Positions 48,423 through 59,833 of a DNA stretch of 64,000 nt are shown here, piece after piece. The DNA is from Spongiactinospora sp. TRM90649 (GTDB taxonomy: Bacteria; Actinomycetota; Actinomycetes; Streptosporangiales; Streptosporangiaceae): contig NZ_JARLTC010000013.1 of assembly GCF_029382225.1 (NCBI RefSeq), positions 78,657-142,656 of the forward strand. The letters are read 5' to 3'. Every line of letters begins with the position of its first letter. Within the stretch, counting starts at the first letter, position 1. Position numbers and translations under genes: made by a program. The notes beneath the pieces were generated by a model. It saw only the letters and a program-made list of their open reading frames with translations, had not been told where the DNA came from and searched no databases.

Positions 48423-50531
48423 CTAGCTCGGCGGCCCCAGGGCTTCGGTCCGGGACTTGATCCGCAGGTGGGCCGCCGTCTCGAAATCCCCCAAAGCCTC
48501 AAGGGCCTCGTCGTACCGCTCCCTGGCCTCCTCCGCCCGGCCCCTGCGTTCGGCCAGCTCGCCCAGCGCTTCCAGCGCCTCCGCGCGGCCCACCGTGGAA
48601 CCCAGGGACGTCATCACCTCTAGCCCGTTCCTCAGTGCCAGGTCTGCCGTCTCGTGCGCGTCTTCCTGGGTGTGGGCGCGGCCGAGGGCGAGCTTGACTC
48701 TCGCGCGATTGTAAGAGTCGTCAACGTTCGCCAGCAGATCGCCGGCTCGCTCCAGGTAGATCACCGCCATCGCCGAGCGCCCTTGGCCGAGCACTGCCAG
48801 GCCCAGATCCAGCATCGCGAGCCCCTCGCTCCGCGTCGCCCTCCGTTCGCGGAACGCTTCGGCCGCGGTGAGGAAATAGACGACCGCTTCATCCAGGTGG
48901 CCGCGATCCACCGCGACGGAGCCCAGCCTGCGCAGGGAACTCGCCTCGCGGTCGCGCTCGCCGAGGCGCCGCCAGATGTCGCGAGCCGCACCGAAGTACT
49001 CTGCCGCCTCGTCGGGACGTCCCACGGCGCGCATGCTGTGGCCAAGCCGGTCGAGCATCTTGGCCTCCGCGTAGGCGTTCTCGCAAGCGCGTGCGGCCGC
49101 GAGCCCCGTCTTCTCTATGGTGGCGCGTTCCACGTGGTGACCCCTCATTAGAAAGAGAGACCACAAGGCGTCCGCCAACTGCCAGGCCGTCGCATGCCGT
49201 TCCCGTTCGTGAGCGAGCGTGATCGCCGCGCCCAGGTTCCCCAATTCCCGCTCGAAGAAGGCCAGCGCGTCGGCCGGGCCGCCGAAGTCGGTGACCTCGC
49301 GCGGTGGGGTCTCGGCGTCGCGTGGGAGGCCGGTACGGTACGGCCGGAGGCGTCGCTCTGCCCGCGCTGCCGTGCCCAGGTACCAGCCCAGCAGGCGAGT
49401 TTCGGCCTCCTTCCGGCCCGACTCGGAGTCCTCATGCTCGGTGAGCTGGGAGGCGTGCAACCGGACCAGTTCGTGGTGGAAGCGGTACGTGCCGTCGGTC
49501 GTGTCGGTCAGCAGGTTGGCGTCGGTCAGCGCGCCGAGTGAGCGCCTCGCCTCCACCGCCGGGACATCGGCCAGGGCCGCCGCCGCCTCGCCGCCGAAAG
49601 TGGTGCCGGGCACGAGACCGAGCAGCCGGTAAAGCCGGGCCTCCTCCTCTCCGAGCGCGCGGTAAGAGAGGTCGAGGGCCGATCGCACCGCCATGTCATC
49701 TCCGATCGCCAGGGCCGCCAGGCGGCGCTGTTCCTCCGCGAGCACCGTCACCATCTCGCCGAGCGGCCAGTTCGGACGTGAGGCCAGCCGGGCCGCCGCG
49801 ACGGTCAGCGCCAGGGGCAGCCGCATGCACAGTTCGACCAGTTCGTCCGCTGCGGCGCGATCGCGGTCGACCCGTTCGCGCCCCAGGGTGTCACTTAGCA
49901 GGGCCAGACTCGCCCGCACGTCGAGGCGATCGAGGTACATCCCCCGCGCGCCCTGGGCGAGCAGGCTCGCCAGGCGGTATCTGCTGGTCACCAGGGTCAC
50001 GCTGGTCGGCGAGGCGGGAAGCAGCGGACGCACCTGGGCGGCGGTCACGGCGTCGTCGAGGAGCACCAGGAGCCGCCGGTCGTGGGTGACCGTGCGGTAG
50101 AGGGCGGCCCGGCGGGCGGGCTCGCCGGGGATCAACTCCACAGGCACGCCGAGGGCATGCAGGAAGTCGCCGAGCACCTTCTGGGGCGACACCGGGTCGT
50201 CGTCGGAGTGACCACGCAGATCGGCGAAGAGCTGCCCGTCGGGGTAGTGCCGGCGGATCTTGTGGGCCCAGCCCAGCGACAGCACCGTCTTGCCGACTCC
50301 GACCGATCCGGTTATCAGGATTGTGAGCGGAATATCGGTGACTTCGTCCCGCATCGCGTCCAGCGCCGCCAGCTCGGCCTTGCGACCGACCAGTCGGGGG
50401 CGAGGTAACAACTGATTCGGCGCGGGCAGGGGGGCGGGGCCGTGAAAGTGCACCCCACCGGAAACATCTCTGGCCTGCACGACCGCGCCATACACCGTCC
50501 CGGACATCTCGTTATTCATATTTTCGGACAT
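48423..50531 (-). CDS. NB-ARC ATPase + TPR protein (AfsR-like but lacking the N-terminal BTAD/DNA-binding domain)
   Basis: P-loop GSVGVGKTVL, LLVLLDDA, TPR repeats. Start ATG 50531 sits next to an AT-rich divergent promoter region. Confidence 0.8.
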   Translation of the reverse strand: MSENMNNEMSGTVYGAVVQARDVSGGVHFHGPAPLPAPNQLLPRPRLVGRKAELAALDAMRDEVTDIPLTILITGSVGVGKTVLSLGWAHKIRRHYPDGQLFADLRGHSDDDPVSPQKVLGDFLHALGVPVELIPGEPARRAALYRTVTHDRRLLVLLDDAVTAAQVRPLLPASPTSVTLVTSRYRLASLLAQGARGMYLDRLDVRASLALLSDTLGRERVDRDRAAADELVELCMRLPLALTVAAARLASRPNWPLGEMVTVLAEEQRRLAALAIGDDMAVRSALDLSYRALGEEEARLYRLLGLVPGTTFGGEAAAALADVPAVEARRSLGALTDANLLTDTTDGTYRFHHELVRLHASQLTEHEDSESGRKEAETRLLGWYLGTAARAERRLRPYRTGLPRDAETPPREVTDFGGPADALAFFERELGNLGAAITLAHERERHATAWQLADALWSLFLMRGHHVERATIEKTGLAAARACENAYAEAKMLDRLGHSMRAVGRPDEAAEYFGAARDIWRRLGERDREASSLRRLGSVAVDRGHLDEAVVYFLTAAEAFRERRATRSEGLAMLDLGLAVLGQGRSAMAVIYLERAGDLLANVDDSYNRARVKLALGRAHTQEDAHETADLALRNGLEVMTSLGSTVGRAEALEALGELAERRGRAEEARERYDEALEALGDFETAAHLRIKSRTEALGPPS

Positions 50532-50669
50532 AAGCCGTTCATCATCTCGTCCGCACGTTGGTGCTACCATAAATGCGGTATGCGGAATTCCGAATATTGC
50601 TCCGCAGGGAATAATTTCAATACTGGCCGCTAGCATATTTCTGGAAAGCTTTCCCCTCGGAGGAGGACC

Positions 50670-51309
50670 ATGCGGGCCTACGAGGAGATCCCCGGGCCGC
50701 CCGGTACCGATCGCGACGATGGGCGGGAGGCGATCGCCCAGGCGGGCGGGCTGCACACCTACCAGTTGCGGCTGCACGCCGAGTACGGCCCCGTGGCGCG
50801 GTTCCGGCTGCCCGGTGTGCGGGCGGCGGTGTACGGCCTTGACGATGCACAGGAGGCCGACCGGGTGGTGGCCGCCTTCGAGGTGGTGCTGACCGAATAC
50901 CTGGGGCGCGTCTACCATCCGGGCGAGGAGCGGCCGGAGCGGGCCGTCGTCGCTCGCCTACCTGCGCGAGGTCGTGGACGGCGCGTGCTCGCCGCCCACC
51001 ACACCACCGGCGTTGCGGTCTCCTGGACCCTCTGGTCGCTGGCCCGCCACCCCGAGGCCGCCCGGCACGCCGTGGCCGAGGTGGACGCCGTGCTGGGCGA
51101 TCGCGACGCGCCCGGCCACGACGATCTGGGCGCGTGCCGTACCTGGAGATGGCGCTCAAGGAGTCGATGCGGCTCTACCCGCCCGGCCCGTACGGCGCGC
51201 GCGAGGCCACCGGCGACCTCGTCCTCGGCGACTACCTCATCCCCCAAGGAACCATCGTGCAGTGGGCGGCCGACGACATCCTCATGCACCTCGAACCGCG
51301 ACGGACTCG

Positions 51310-51313
<4 letters not shown>
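50670..51313 (+). pseudogene. cytochrome P450 remnant (internal deletion, frameshift near 51130, no heme-binding Cys loop)
   Basis: N-terminal EIPGPPG, I-helix-like AAHHTTGVAVSWTLWSLARHPE, and K-helix LPYLEMALKESMRLYPP in the +2 frame. ~640 nt remain where ~1.2 kb is expected. Confidence 0.6.
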
Positions 51314-51971
<658 letters not shown>

Positions 51972-51975
<4 letters not shown>

Positions 51976-53924
51976 CCGAATCCCAGCCGCCCGAGCTGGA
52001 CGAGCAGCGACGGGTCGGCGGCTACCGGCTGGTCCGCAAGCTGGGCGGGGGCGGGCAGGGGGTGGTCTACCTGGGCCGTTCCCCGTCGGGGGCCGACGTG
52101 GCGGTCAAGGTGCTGCACGCGTGGACGGCCGCCGATCCGGCGGTGCGGCGGCGGTTCCTGCGCGAGGTCGAGGCGGCGAGCCGGGTCGCACCGTTCGCCA
52201 CCGCGCGGGTGCTCGACATGGGCGACCACGAGGGCCGACCGTACATCGTGAGCGAGTACGTCCCCGGGGGCTCGCTCGACCAGGTCGTCAAGGCCGACGG
52301 CCCGCGCACGGGCGGCGGGCTGGAGCGGCTGGCGGTCGCCACGATCAGCGCGCTGGCCGCGATCCACCGCGCCGGGATCGTGCACCGCGACTTCAAGCCG
52401 GGCAACGTCATCCTGGGGCCCGAGGGGCCGGTGGTGATCGACTTCGGCATCTCCCGGGCGCTCGACCAGAGCGGCACCGCGACCCGCGCGATCGGCACCC
52501 CGCCGTACATGGCGCCCGAGCTGTTCGCCGAGGAGTCGCCCGGCTTCGCCGCCGACATCTTCAGCTGGGGCTGCACGATGGTGTTCGCGGCATCGGGCCA
52601 TCGGCCGTTCCCCGGCGAGACGGTGCCGGTGGTGGTGAACGCCATCCTGTCCGGCGAGCCCGACTTATCCGGCGTGCCGGACATGCTGCTCCCGCTGCTG
52701 GCCCGCTGCCTGGCCAAGAACCCGGCCGACCGTCCCACCGCCCCCGAGGTCTTACGGACCCTCACCGGTGAGGAGCCCGCGCCGCAGGCCCCGGCGCGGA
52801 ACCCCGAGCCGCCGCGCAGGCGGCGCGGGATCGTGCTCGCAGGCGCGGCGGTGGTCGCGCTCGCGGTGGCGGCGGCGCTGGCCGTACCGCCCCTGCTGCG
52901 GCAAGGGGACCCGGAGCCCTTCCCGCGCACGACCACCACCCCCGTCAGCGAGTCGATCCCCTTCGGCGAACCGCTGTTCAGCCCGCTGACCGACCACGGC
53001 AACGACGTCCGCGCCATCGCCCTCGCCCAGGTCGGGCCCACGCCGGTCGCGGTCACCGGTGGCGACGACCGGACTGTCCGGGTGCTCGACCTCGGGGCGC
53101 GGCGGCAGGCCGGCGACGCGCTCACCACCCACACCGGCTGGGTCCGCTCGATCGCCACCGGCGAGCTGGACGGCGCGCCCATCGCGCTGACCGGCAGCGA
53201 CGACGACACCGTGCGGGTCTGGAACCTGGCCGAGCGCACGGAGATCGGCGCGCCCTTCACCGGCCACACCGCCGACGTGAAGGCGGTCGCCGTCGGCGTG
53301 GTGAACGGCCGGACGGTCGCCGTCAGCGGCGGCGCCGACCGCACCGTCCGCGTCTGGGACCCGGCCACCGGCGTCCCGCTCTACGCCCCCATGACCGGCC
53401 ACGACGACACCGTCTGGTCGATCGCGTACGGCGAGGTGGACGGCAGGCCCGTCGCCGTCTCCGCGAGCGACGATGGAACGCTCCGCCTGTGGGACCTCAC
53501 CACCGGACGGCAGAGCGGCCCGCCCGTCAAGACGACCTCCGGTCAGGTCCGGGCCGTCGCCTTCGGCCGGATCGACGGCACGCCCGTCGCGGTGTCCGGC
53601 GGCGCCGACGGCGCCCTGACCCTGTGGGACCTCACCCGCAAGACCCCGAGCGGCGCGCCGCTCACCGGCCACCAGGGGCCGGTCTGGTCCGTCGCCTTCG
53701 GCGAGGTCAACGGCGTTCCCATCGCCGTCTCCGGCGGCGAGGACCGCACCGTCCGCGTCTGGAACCTGCGCACCCGCACCCCGGTCGGCTCGCCGTTCAC
53801 CGGTCACACCGACCGCGTCTGGACGGTCGCCATCGGCCGCCTCGCCGGATCCCCGATCGTCCTCAGCGGCGGCCGCGACGAGACCGTCCGTCCCTGGAGC
53901 CTCGCCACGCCGTTCCCGCCATGA
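51972..53924 (+). CDS. Ser/Thr protein kinase with TM segment and C-terminal WD40 beta-propeller
   Basis: Hanks kinase motifs (VAVKVL, HRDFKPGNV, DFG, GTPPYMAPE), a TM helix after the kinase domain, then repeated TGH..VW.VA...G...SG.DRTVRVW WD40 blades. Confidence 0.85.
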
Positions 53925-54086
53925 CCGCGCACCCGGCGGCCGTGTAAACAGCGATCCTGCGCGAACTCTGCCGAAGAGAATGGGCAAGAAGTGCTTCCAC
54001 TTTTCGGCCTGTTTCCCTTCATTGTTATGTCGTCAGGCGAAGCTTGCCACGACACGACCGCCCCCCGGACAAGAGAAACAGGTCTC

Positions 54087-54617
54087 ATGTTCAGCAGATC
54101 GCTCGCCGTGTTAGGTACCGCCGCTCTCTCCCTGATCACCTCCCTGGCGTTCACGCCTTCCGCCCACGCCGCGGTGACCCCCCAGCAGAAGCTCGCCGCG
54201 CTTTCCAACTTCTCCCAGCCCACCGCAGCCAGCGCCTCCGCATGGCGGTCTGCCTGGCAGAACCAGGGGGCCTGGGCCGATTACGCCTTCGACTGGTCCA
54301 CCGACCTCTGCTCAAGCAGCCCCGACCAGCCGCTCGGCTTCGACTTCCGGATGCCCTGCCGCAGGCACGACTTCGGCTACCGCAACTACAAGGCGGTAAG
54401 CCAGTTCCCGGCCAACAAGGCACGCATCGATAATGCGTTCTATTTCGATATGAAGCAGGTATGCGCGGGATATTCAGGAGTTCCCAAGGCCACCTGTGAC
54501 GGTCTGGCATGGACCTATTACCAAGCGGTCAAGCAGTTCGGCAATCTGAACGTCACGGATGAGCAGATCCGGCGCGTCCAGCGGGACGCCGAGCGCAAGG
54601 CGCTCTCCGACGCATAG
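54087..54617 (+). CDS. secreted prokaryotic phospholipase A2 (Streptomyces-type)
   Basis: Signal peptide, then near-identity to the S. violaceoruber PLA2 core: AYEFDWSTDLC..., CRRHDFGYRNYKA, NKARIDNAFYFDMKQVCAGY, TAWTYYQAVK. Confidence 0.85.
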   Translation: MFSRSLAVLGTAALSLITSLAFTPSAHAAVTPQQKLAALSNFSQPTAASASAWRSAWQNQGAWADYAFDWSTDLCSSSPDQPLGFDFRMPCRRHDFGYRNYKAVSQFPANKARIDNAFYFDMKQVCAGYSGVPKATCDGLAWTYYQAVKQFGNLNVTDEQIRRVQRDAERKALSDA

Positions 54618-54622
54618 AACAC

Positions 54623-54653
54623 GGATGCGGGGGCGCCTGTCGCGCCCCCGCAT
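54623..54653 (+). terminator. intrinsic-terminator-like hairpin (13-bp perfect stem GATGCGGGGGCGC/GCGCCCCCGCATC, 5-nt loop)
   Basis: Directly downstream of the PLA2 stop codon. No U tract, as is common in actinomycetes. Confidence 0.5.
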
Positions 54654-54682
54654 CACCCGGCCACCCACCGGCCACCCGGCCC

Positions 54683-54698
54683 TTGAGCATGACGCAGC
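54683..54698. promoter_or_regulatory. Crp/Fnr-family-like palindrome CGTGA-N6-TCACG upstream of cydA
   Basis: Matches the actinobacterial Crp/GlxR consensus (TGTGA-N6-TCACA). It lies 46 nt upstream of the cydA start. Confidence 0.35.
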
Positions 54699-54743
54699 GT
54701 TTCGTGACTGATTTCACGCAATCGGCCACGTACAGTCATCATC

Positions 54744-56123
54744 ATGGACGCCGCCCTGGATCTCGCGCGCTGGCAGTTCGGCACCACCACCGTGTACCAC
54801 TTCCTGTTCGTCCCGGTGACGATCGGGCTTTCGCTGCTGGTGGCGATCCTGAACACGATGTGGGTGCGGACCGGCAAGCCGGCCTACAAGCGGGCCACCA
54901 AGTTCTGGGGCATGCTGTTTCTGATCAACTTCGCGATGGGCGTGGTCACCGGGATCGTGCAGGAGTTCCAGTTCGGGATGAACTGGAGTGCCTACTCGCG
55001 GTTCGTCGGCGACATCTTCGGGGCGCCGCTCGCGCTGGAGGCGCTGCTGGCGTTCTTCCTGGAGTCCACGTTCCTCGGGCTGTGGCTCTTCGGCTGGAAC
55101 CTGCTGCCCAAGCTGGTGCATCTGGCGTGCATCTGGCTGGTGGCGTTCGGGACGACCCTGTCCGCCTATTTCATCCTGGCGGCGAACTCGTTCATGCAGT
55201 GGCCGGTGGGATACCGGGTGGTCCATCGGGCCGAGCTGGTCGACTTCGGGGCGGTGCTGACCAACAAGGTGCTGCTGGCCGCGTTCCCGCACACGATCCT
55301 CGGTTGCTGGCTGTCGGGCGGCGCGATCCTGATGGCGATCTCGGCCTGGCATCTGGCGCGGGGGCGGGACGTCGACGTGTTCCGGCCGTCGCTGCGGCTC
55401 GGCGTCATCGCGGTCCTGGTGGGCGCGGGCGGCACGCTGATCTCCGGCGACGTGCTCGGCAAGATCATGACGCAGACCCAGCCGATGAAGATCGCCGCCG
55501 CCGAGGCGCTCTACGAGACCGCGCAGCCCGCGCCGTTCTCGCTGTTCACCATCGGCACCCTGGAAGGCACCCGGCCGATCTTCAAGCTGGAGATCCCCGG
55601 GCTGCTGTCCTGGCTGGCCACCGCCGACTTCAGCGCCAAGGTCGAGGGCATCAACAACCTGAACGCCGACTACCAGCGCATCTTCGGTCCCGGCGACTAC
55701 CGCCCGTACATCCCGATCACCTACTGGGGCTTCCGGCTGATGATCGGCTTCGGGATGCTGACCGCGCTGGTGGCGGTCGTGCTCCTGTGGTTCACCCGGA
55801 AGGGGCTGGTGCGCGGGCCGTCCTGGATGTGGCGGCTCGCCGTGTGGGCCGTGGTGCTGCCCTTCCTGGCGCACAGCTTCGGCTGGATCTTCACGGAGAT
55901 GGGCAGGCAGCCGTGGATCGTGTTCAGCCAGATGCACACGTCCGCGGGCGTCTCGCCCACCAACGGCCCGGGGATCGTGCTCACCTCGCTGATCGCGTTC
56001 ACCGTCCTGTACGGCGTGCTCGCCGTGGTCGAGGTCGCTCTCATGATCAAGTACGGCCGGCAGTCCCCGCCCCCCGCCGAGGAGTCCGAGCAGGGCGGCG
56101 GCGAACCGTCGTTCGCCTACTAG
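54744..56123 (+). CDS. cydA: cytochrome bd ubiquinol oxidase subunit I
   Basis: Strong match to CydA N-terminus and Q-loop (WQFGTTTVYHFLFVPVTIGL...GIVQEFQFGMNWS...). Confidence 0.9.
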   Translation: MDAALDLARWQFGTTTVYHFLFVPVTIGLSLLVAILNTMWVRTGKPAYKRATKFWGMLFLINFAMGVVTGIVQEFQFGMNWSAYSRFVGDIFGAPLALEALLAFFLESTFLGLWLFGWNLLPKLVHLACIWLVAFGTTLSAYFILAANSFMQWPVGYRVVHRAELVDFGAVLTNKVLLAAFPHTILGCWLSGGAILMAISAWHLARGRDVDVFRPSLRLGVIAVLVGAGGTLISGDVLGKIMTQTQPMKIAAAEALYETAQPAPFSLFTIGTLEGTRPIFKLEIPGLLSWLATADFSAKVEGINNLNADYQRIFGPGDYRPYIPITYWGFRLMIGFGMLTALVAVVLLWFTRKGLVRGPSWMWRLAVWAVVLPFLAHSFGWIFTEMGRQPWIVFSQMHTSAGVSPTNGPGIVLTSLIAFTVLYGVLAVVEVALMIKYGRQSPPPAEESEQGGGEPSFAY

Positions 56124-56163
56124 CCCGCCCCCAACAGCCCGCCCGCCGAGGAGAGAGCTCGCA

Positions 56164-57147
56164 GTGGTACTGAACGACATCTGGTTCGTGGCGATCACCG
56201 TCCTGTGGGTCGGCTACTTCGTTCTTGAGGGGTTCGACTTCGGCGTCGGCATGCTGCTGCCCGTCGTCGGCCGCAACGAGTCCGAGCGCGGCGGGATGCT
56301 CGAAACGATCGGCCCGGTCTGGGACGGCAACGAGGTCTGGCTGATCACCGCCGGAGGCGCCACGTTCGCCGCGTTCCCCGAGTGGTACGCCACGCTGTTC
56401 AGCGGGTTCTACGTGCCACTGCTGCTGATCCTGCTGGCGCTGATCGTGCGCGGGGTGGCCATCGAGTACCGCGGCAGGCGGGACGACGACGTGTGGCGGC
56501 GGCGATGGGACATCGGCATCTTCGTGGGCTCGTTCGTGCCCGCGTTCCTGTGGGGGGTGGCGTTCGGGAACATCGTGCGCGGGGTGCGGCTCGACGCCCG
56601 CCACGAGTACGTCGGCACGTTCTGGGACCTGCTCAACCCCTACGCGCTGCTCGGCGGGCTGACCACGCTGGCCCTGTTCGCCACGCACGGGGCGGTGTTC
56701 CTGGCGCTGAAGACCACCGGCGACATGAGCCGCCGGTCCTCCGCCCTGGTGGTGCCTTCGGGGGTGATCGCGGCCGTGCTCGCGGTGGCGTTCCTGGCGT
56801 GGACGCAGTTCCACGGGGGCGACGCGGCCACGATCGTGCTGGCGGCGATCGCCGCGGCGTCGTTCGTCGCGGCCCTCGTCGTGGCGGCGCGGGGACGTCA
56901 GGGCTGGGCGTTCCTGCTGTCGGCGGTGGCCATCGGGGTGGCGGTGCTCACCCTGTTCGCGGTGCTCTACCCGGACGTCATGCCGTCGTCGATCAACCCC
57001 GCCTACAGCCTGAACATCCAGAACGCCGCGGCGACCACGACCACGCTCACCATCATGACCTGGATCGCGGTGATCTTCCTGCCGCTGGTGATCCTCTACC
57101 AGGCGTGGACCTACTGGGTGTTCCGCCGCCGGGTCCACGTGGAGTGA
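56164..57147 (+). CDS. cydB: cytochrome bd ubiquinol oxidase subunit II
   Basis: GTG start. WFVAITVLWVGYFVLEGFDFGVGML...TIGPVWDGNEVWLITAGGATFAAFP is a canonical CydB. Confidence 0.9.
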   Translation: MVLNDIWFVAITVLWVGYFVLEGFDFGVGMLLPVVGRNESERGGMLETIGPVWDGNEVWLITAGGATFAAFPEWYATLFSGFYVPLLLILLALIVRGVAIEYRGRRDDDVWRRRWDIGIFVGSFVPAFLWGVAFGNIVRGVRLDARHEYVGTFWDLLNPYALLGGLTTLALFATHGAVFLALKTTGDMSRRSSALVVPSGVIAAVLAVAFLAWTQFHGGDAATIVLAAIAAASFVAALVVAARGRQGWAFLLSAVAIGVAVLTLFAVLYPDVMPSSINPAYSLNIQNAAATTTTLTIMTWIAVIFLPLVILYQAWTYWVFRRRVHVE

Positions 57148-57163
57148 CCGGCAAGAGCCGGGG

Positions 57164-59833
57164 CTATGGCGTGATCTGCGGCACCACGCACTCGTCCGCC
57201 GGTGGGCCGCCCTCCGGCCAGGCGACGCCCTCGAACACCAGCCGGTCGGCCGCCGGGTCGAGGCGCACCACCGCCAGCGGCTTGTCGTAGGGGTTCCCGG
57301 CGTTGGTCAGGCAGATCCAGCCGCTCGCGCCGCGGATCCGGAAGGCCGCGTTGAGGTCGGAGAGGACCTCCCGCACGTGCCCGGTCGAGGGGACCTCCGT
57401 ACGGCTGACGCTCGCCGCCCTGGTCAGTGCCCGCGCCGCGGTGAGCACGACGTCGTGAGTGACGATCGTGCGCCCGTCGTCGAGCGCGACGTCGCCGAGC
57501 TCGGCCGCCGCGATGCCCGCCCGCAGCCGCGCCATGGCCTCCTGGGGCTCGGAGAGGTACACGGGCGGCTTCGACTCGGCCCCGCCCTCGTCCGTCCGCC
57601 GCCACTTCGCCACCTCTTCGTCCCACTGGGCGGGGTGTGCGGGCGCGGTGTAGACGACCGACACGGACGGCCTGCCGCCCCCCGGGTCGCCCCGCAGCAT
57701 CGCGCGCTCACCGGCGTCGAGACGGCTGTTCAGGGTGGTCGCGTCGGACCCCGAGATCACCGTGTAGGACTTCTTGCCCGAGCAGTACGTGGCCGCGAGC
57801 CGGTTGACGAACAGCTCCAGGTGGAACCCCCGCCCGGCGAAGTAGATGTAGCGGGCCTTGGACCGGCAGATGTTCAGCGCGAAGTCCTCGAACCGGTTCG
57901 CGGCGATGCCCGCCTGCTCGATGCCCGGCGACTGGAAGGTCATGTCCTGTACCCCGGTGCCCCGGCGTCCCTTCCTGGCCTCGGTGAACGCCTTGCGCAA
58001 CGAGCTGTTGTAGTTGTCGTTCGGCCGGGTGTCGGCGACCAGCGCGGTCTGCGCGCCCGCGAGGCCGCCGTCGAAGGCGAGCAGTGCCGCCGCCTGCTCC
58101 TTGGCCGCCGAGACCACCCGGGCCAGGCCGGGGAACGGGTCGCGCGCGCGGTCCTGGGTCTCGGGGTTGGTGAAGTCGCTGGAGGTGACCAGCCCGGCCA
58201 CGACGGGGATCCGCCGCTCGTTGGTGAGGTGGTGCATGGCGTGCCAGGTGGCGTCCACGCTGAGGTTGAACCCGGCCACGACGCGCAGCTCCGGCTCCTG
58301 CTCCACCAGCCGGTCGGCCGTGGTGCGCCACAGGCGGTACTCGCGGCCGGGGTTGGCCAGCACCAGGCGGATCGGCGGCTTGTCCGCGGAGGCGTTGGCC
58401 CGGACCTGCGCCAGGTAGGCGCCCTGCATCTCGCTGAGGATCTGCTCGCGCACGGCCGGGACGTCGCTCTGCATCGGGATCATCAGGGCGACGGTGGCGT
58501 GCGGCACAGGCGCGATCCGGTCGTTCTCCGCCTCGATCCGCTTGAAGATCTCGGGCATGCCCTTGACGCCGGGCATGAAGACGGCGGTGCCGTCGGACAC
58601 GCCGACGCAGTCGGCGTCGATCCGTTCCAGGCCCTCGCCGCAGCTCCGCAGCAGGCGGGCCACCCCGGCCCCGCCGGTGAGCAGCGCGGCGGCCATGGCG
58701 AGCGCGACCAGAGCGGCGGTGACCGGCCCGGCGCGCCCGGTCCGACGCCGCCCGGCGGCGGCTCCCCCGCCCGGCGAACCCGGTGAACCCGGCGGACCCG
58801 GTGGACCGGCTGACACCGGAAGCAACCGGCCCGGGCCCTCGCCGCCGGTCTTCAGGCGGGCCTGAACGGCGCGGATCTCGTCGGCCAGTTCGCCCGGCCG
58901 TACGGCGGGGCGCGCGCCCTCGCCGTCCGCGCCGGGCTCGGCGGTGGCGATCACGACGGGATGCACGCGCAGGTTGCGCGACCTGCCGTCGAACGCGGTG
59001 AGCAGGGCGTCCCTGATCGCCCGGTGCTCGGGGATCCGGTGCACGTCTGGCAGCAGGATCACCGGACGTCGCACGCGGTTGAGCCTGCGGAAGAACCCGT
59101 AGTGCGCGTCGATGTCGGCGAGCAGGGCGTCGACCAGCAGCACCAGCTCCCGGGCGTCCACCGCCTCCTCGCCGCCCGCGGGCGCGGACGGCTCGTCGCG
59201 CAGCCGCCGCAGCTCCTTGATCAGCGCCTGCGTGGTGCGGACCGGCTGCCGCAGCCCCTTGCGGCGATACCAGCGCAGCGTCCAGAACGCGCGGAACCGG
59301 AACGCGCGGATCACGCTGGCGAACAGCCCGACCAGGCCGCTGTGCTGCTGCCCGAAGTACGGATCGCCGACCACTTCCCCGACGCGCCTGCGCAGCGCCG
59401 GGAGGATGTCACGGCGGGCCCGCTCGATCGCCGTGGTGACCTTCCCCTCCAGCTCGGAGTCGAGTTCGGCCAGCGAGCGGGGCGGGACGGTCGGCTGCCA
59501 CTCGACCAGGACGGTGTACGCGGCGGCGAAACGCGGGAAGACGATCGGCAGGCGGTAGGCGGGACGCCCGCCGTAGCCGCAGCCGTAGGCGATGTTCAGC
59601 AGTTCGACGGCCACCCGCGAACCGGGATCGCCCCCCGCCTCGTCGGGCGTGCCGATGGGCAGGACGCCCGAATACGCCTTGCCGAAGTCGTCGAGCCAGG
59701 CCCGCAGCGCGGCCTCGGCACCCTCCACCTGCAGCAGCAACGGGCCGGTCCGGCGGTCGTATCGGAGCCGCCGGAGGCGGAGCCGATCCCTGATCACCAG
59801 CTCGGCCAGCACCGCGTCAAGTCGGCGATCCAT
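57164..59833 (-). CDS. large receptor-like membrane protein: cytoplasmic N-terminal domain of unknown function, single TM, extracytoplasmic type-1 periplasmic-binding-protein (Leu/Ile/Val-binding-like) domain
   Basis: 889 aa. One TM ([23 protein letters not shown]). The C-terminal half resembles ABC branched-chain amino-acid substrate-binding proteins (VAGFNLS..., IPVVAG..., [12 protein letters not shown]). Confidence 0.55.
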   Translation of the reverse strand: MDRRLDAVLAELVIRDRLRLRRLRYDRRTGPLLLQVEGAEAALRAWLDDFGKAYSGVLPIGTPDEAGGDPGSRVAVELLNIAYGCGYGGRPAYRLPIVFPRFAAAYTVLVEWQPTVPPRSLAELDSELEGKVTTAIERARRDILPALRRRVGEVVGDPYFGQQHSGLVGLFASVIRAFRFRAFWTLRWYRRKGLRQPVRTTQALIKELRRLRDEPSAPAGGEEAVDARELVLLVDALLADIDAHYGFFRRLNRVRRPVILLPDVHRIPEHRAIRDALLTAFDGRSRNLRVHPVVIATAEPGADGEGARPAVRPGELADEIRAVQARLKTGGEGPGRLLPVSAGPPGPPGSPGSPGGGAAAGRRRTGRAGPVTAALVALAMAAALLTGGAGVARLLRSCGEGLERIDADCVGVSDGTAVFMPGVKGMPEIFKRIEAENDRIAPVPHATVALMIPMQSDVPAVREQILSEMQGAYLAQVRANASADKPPIRLVLANPGREYRLWRTTADRLVEQEPELRVVAGFNLSVDATWHAMHHLTNERRIPVVAGLVTSSDFTNPETQDRARDPFPGLARVVSAAKEQAAALLAFDGGLAGAQTALVADTRPNDNYNSSLRKAFTEARKGRRGTGVQDMTFQSPGIEQAGIAANRFEDFALNICRSKARYIYFAGRGFHLELFVNRLAATYCSGKKSYTVISGSDATTLNSRLDAGERAMLRGDPGGGRPSVSVVYTAPAHPAQWDEEVAKWRRTDEGGAESKPPVYLSEPQEAMARLRAGIAAAELGDVALDDGRTIVTHDVVLTAARALTRAASVSRTEVPSTGHVREVLSDLNAAFRIRGASGWICLTNAGNPYDKPLAVVRLDPAADRLVFEGVAWPEGGPPADECVVPQITP

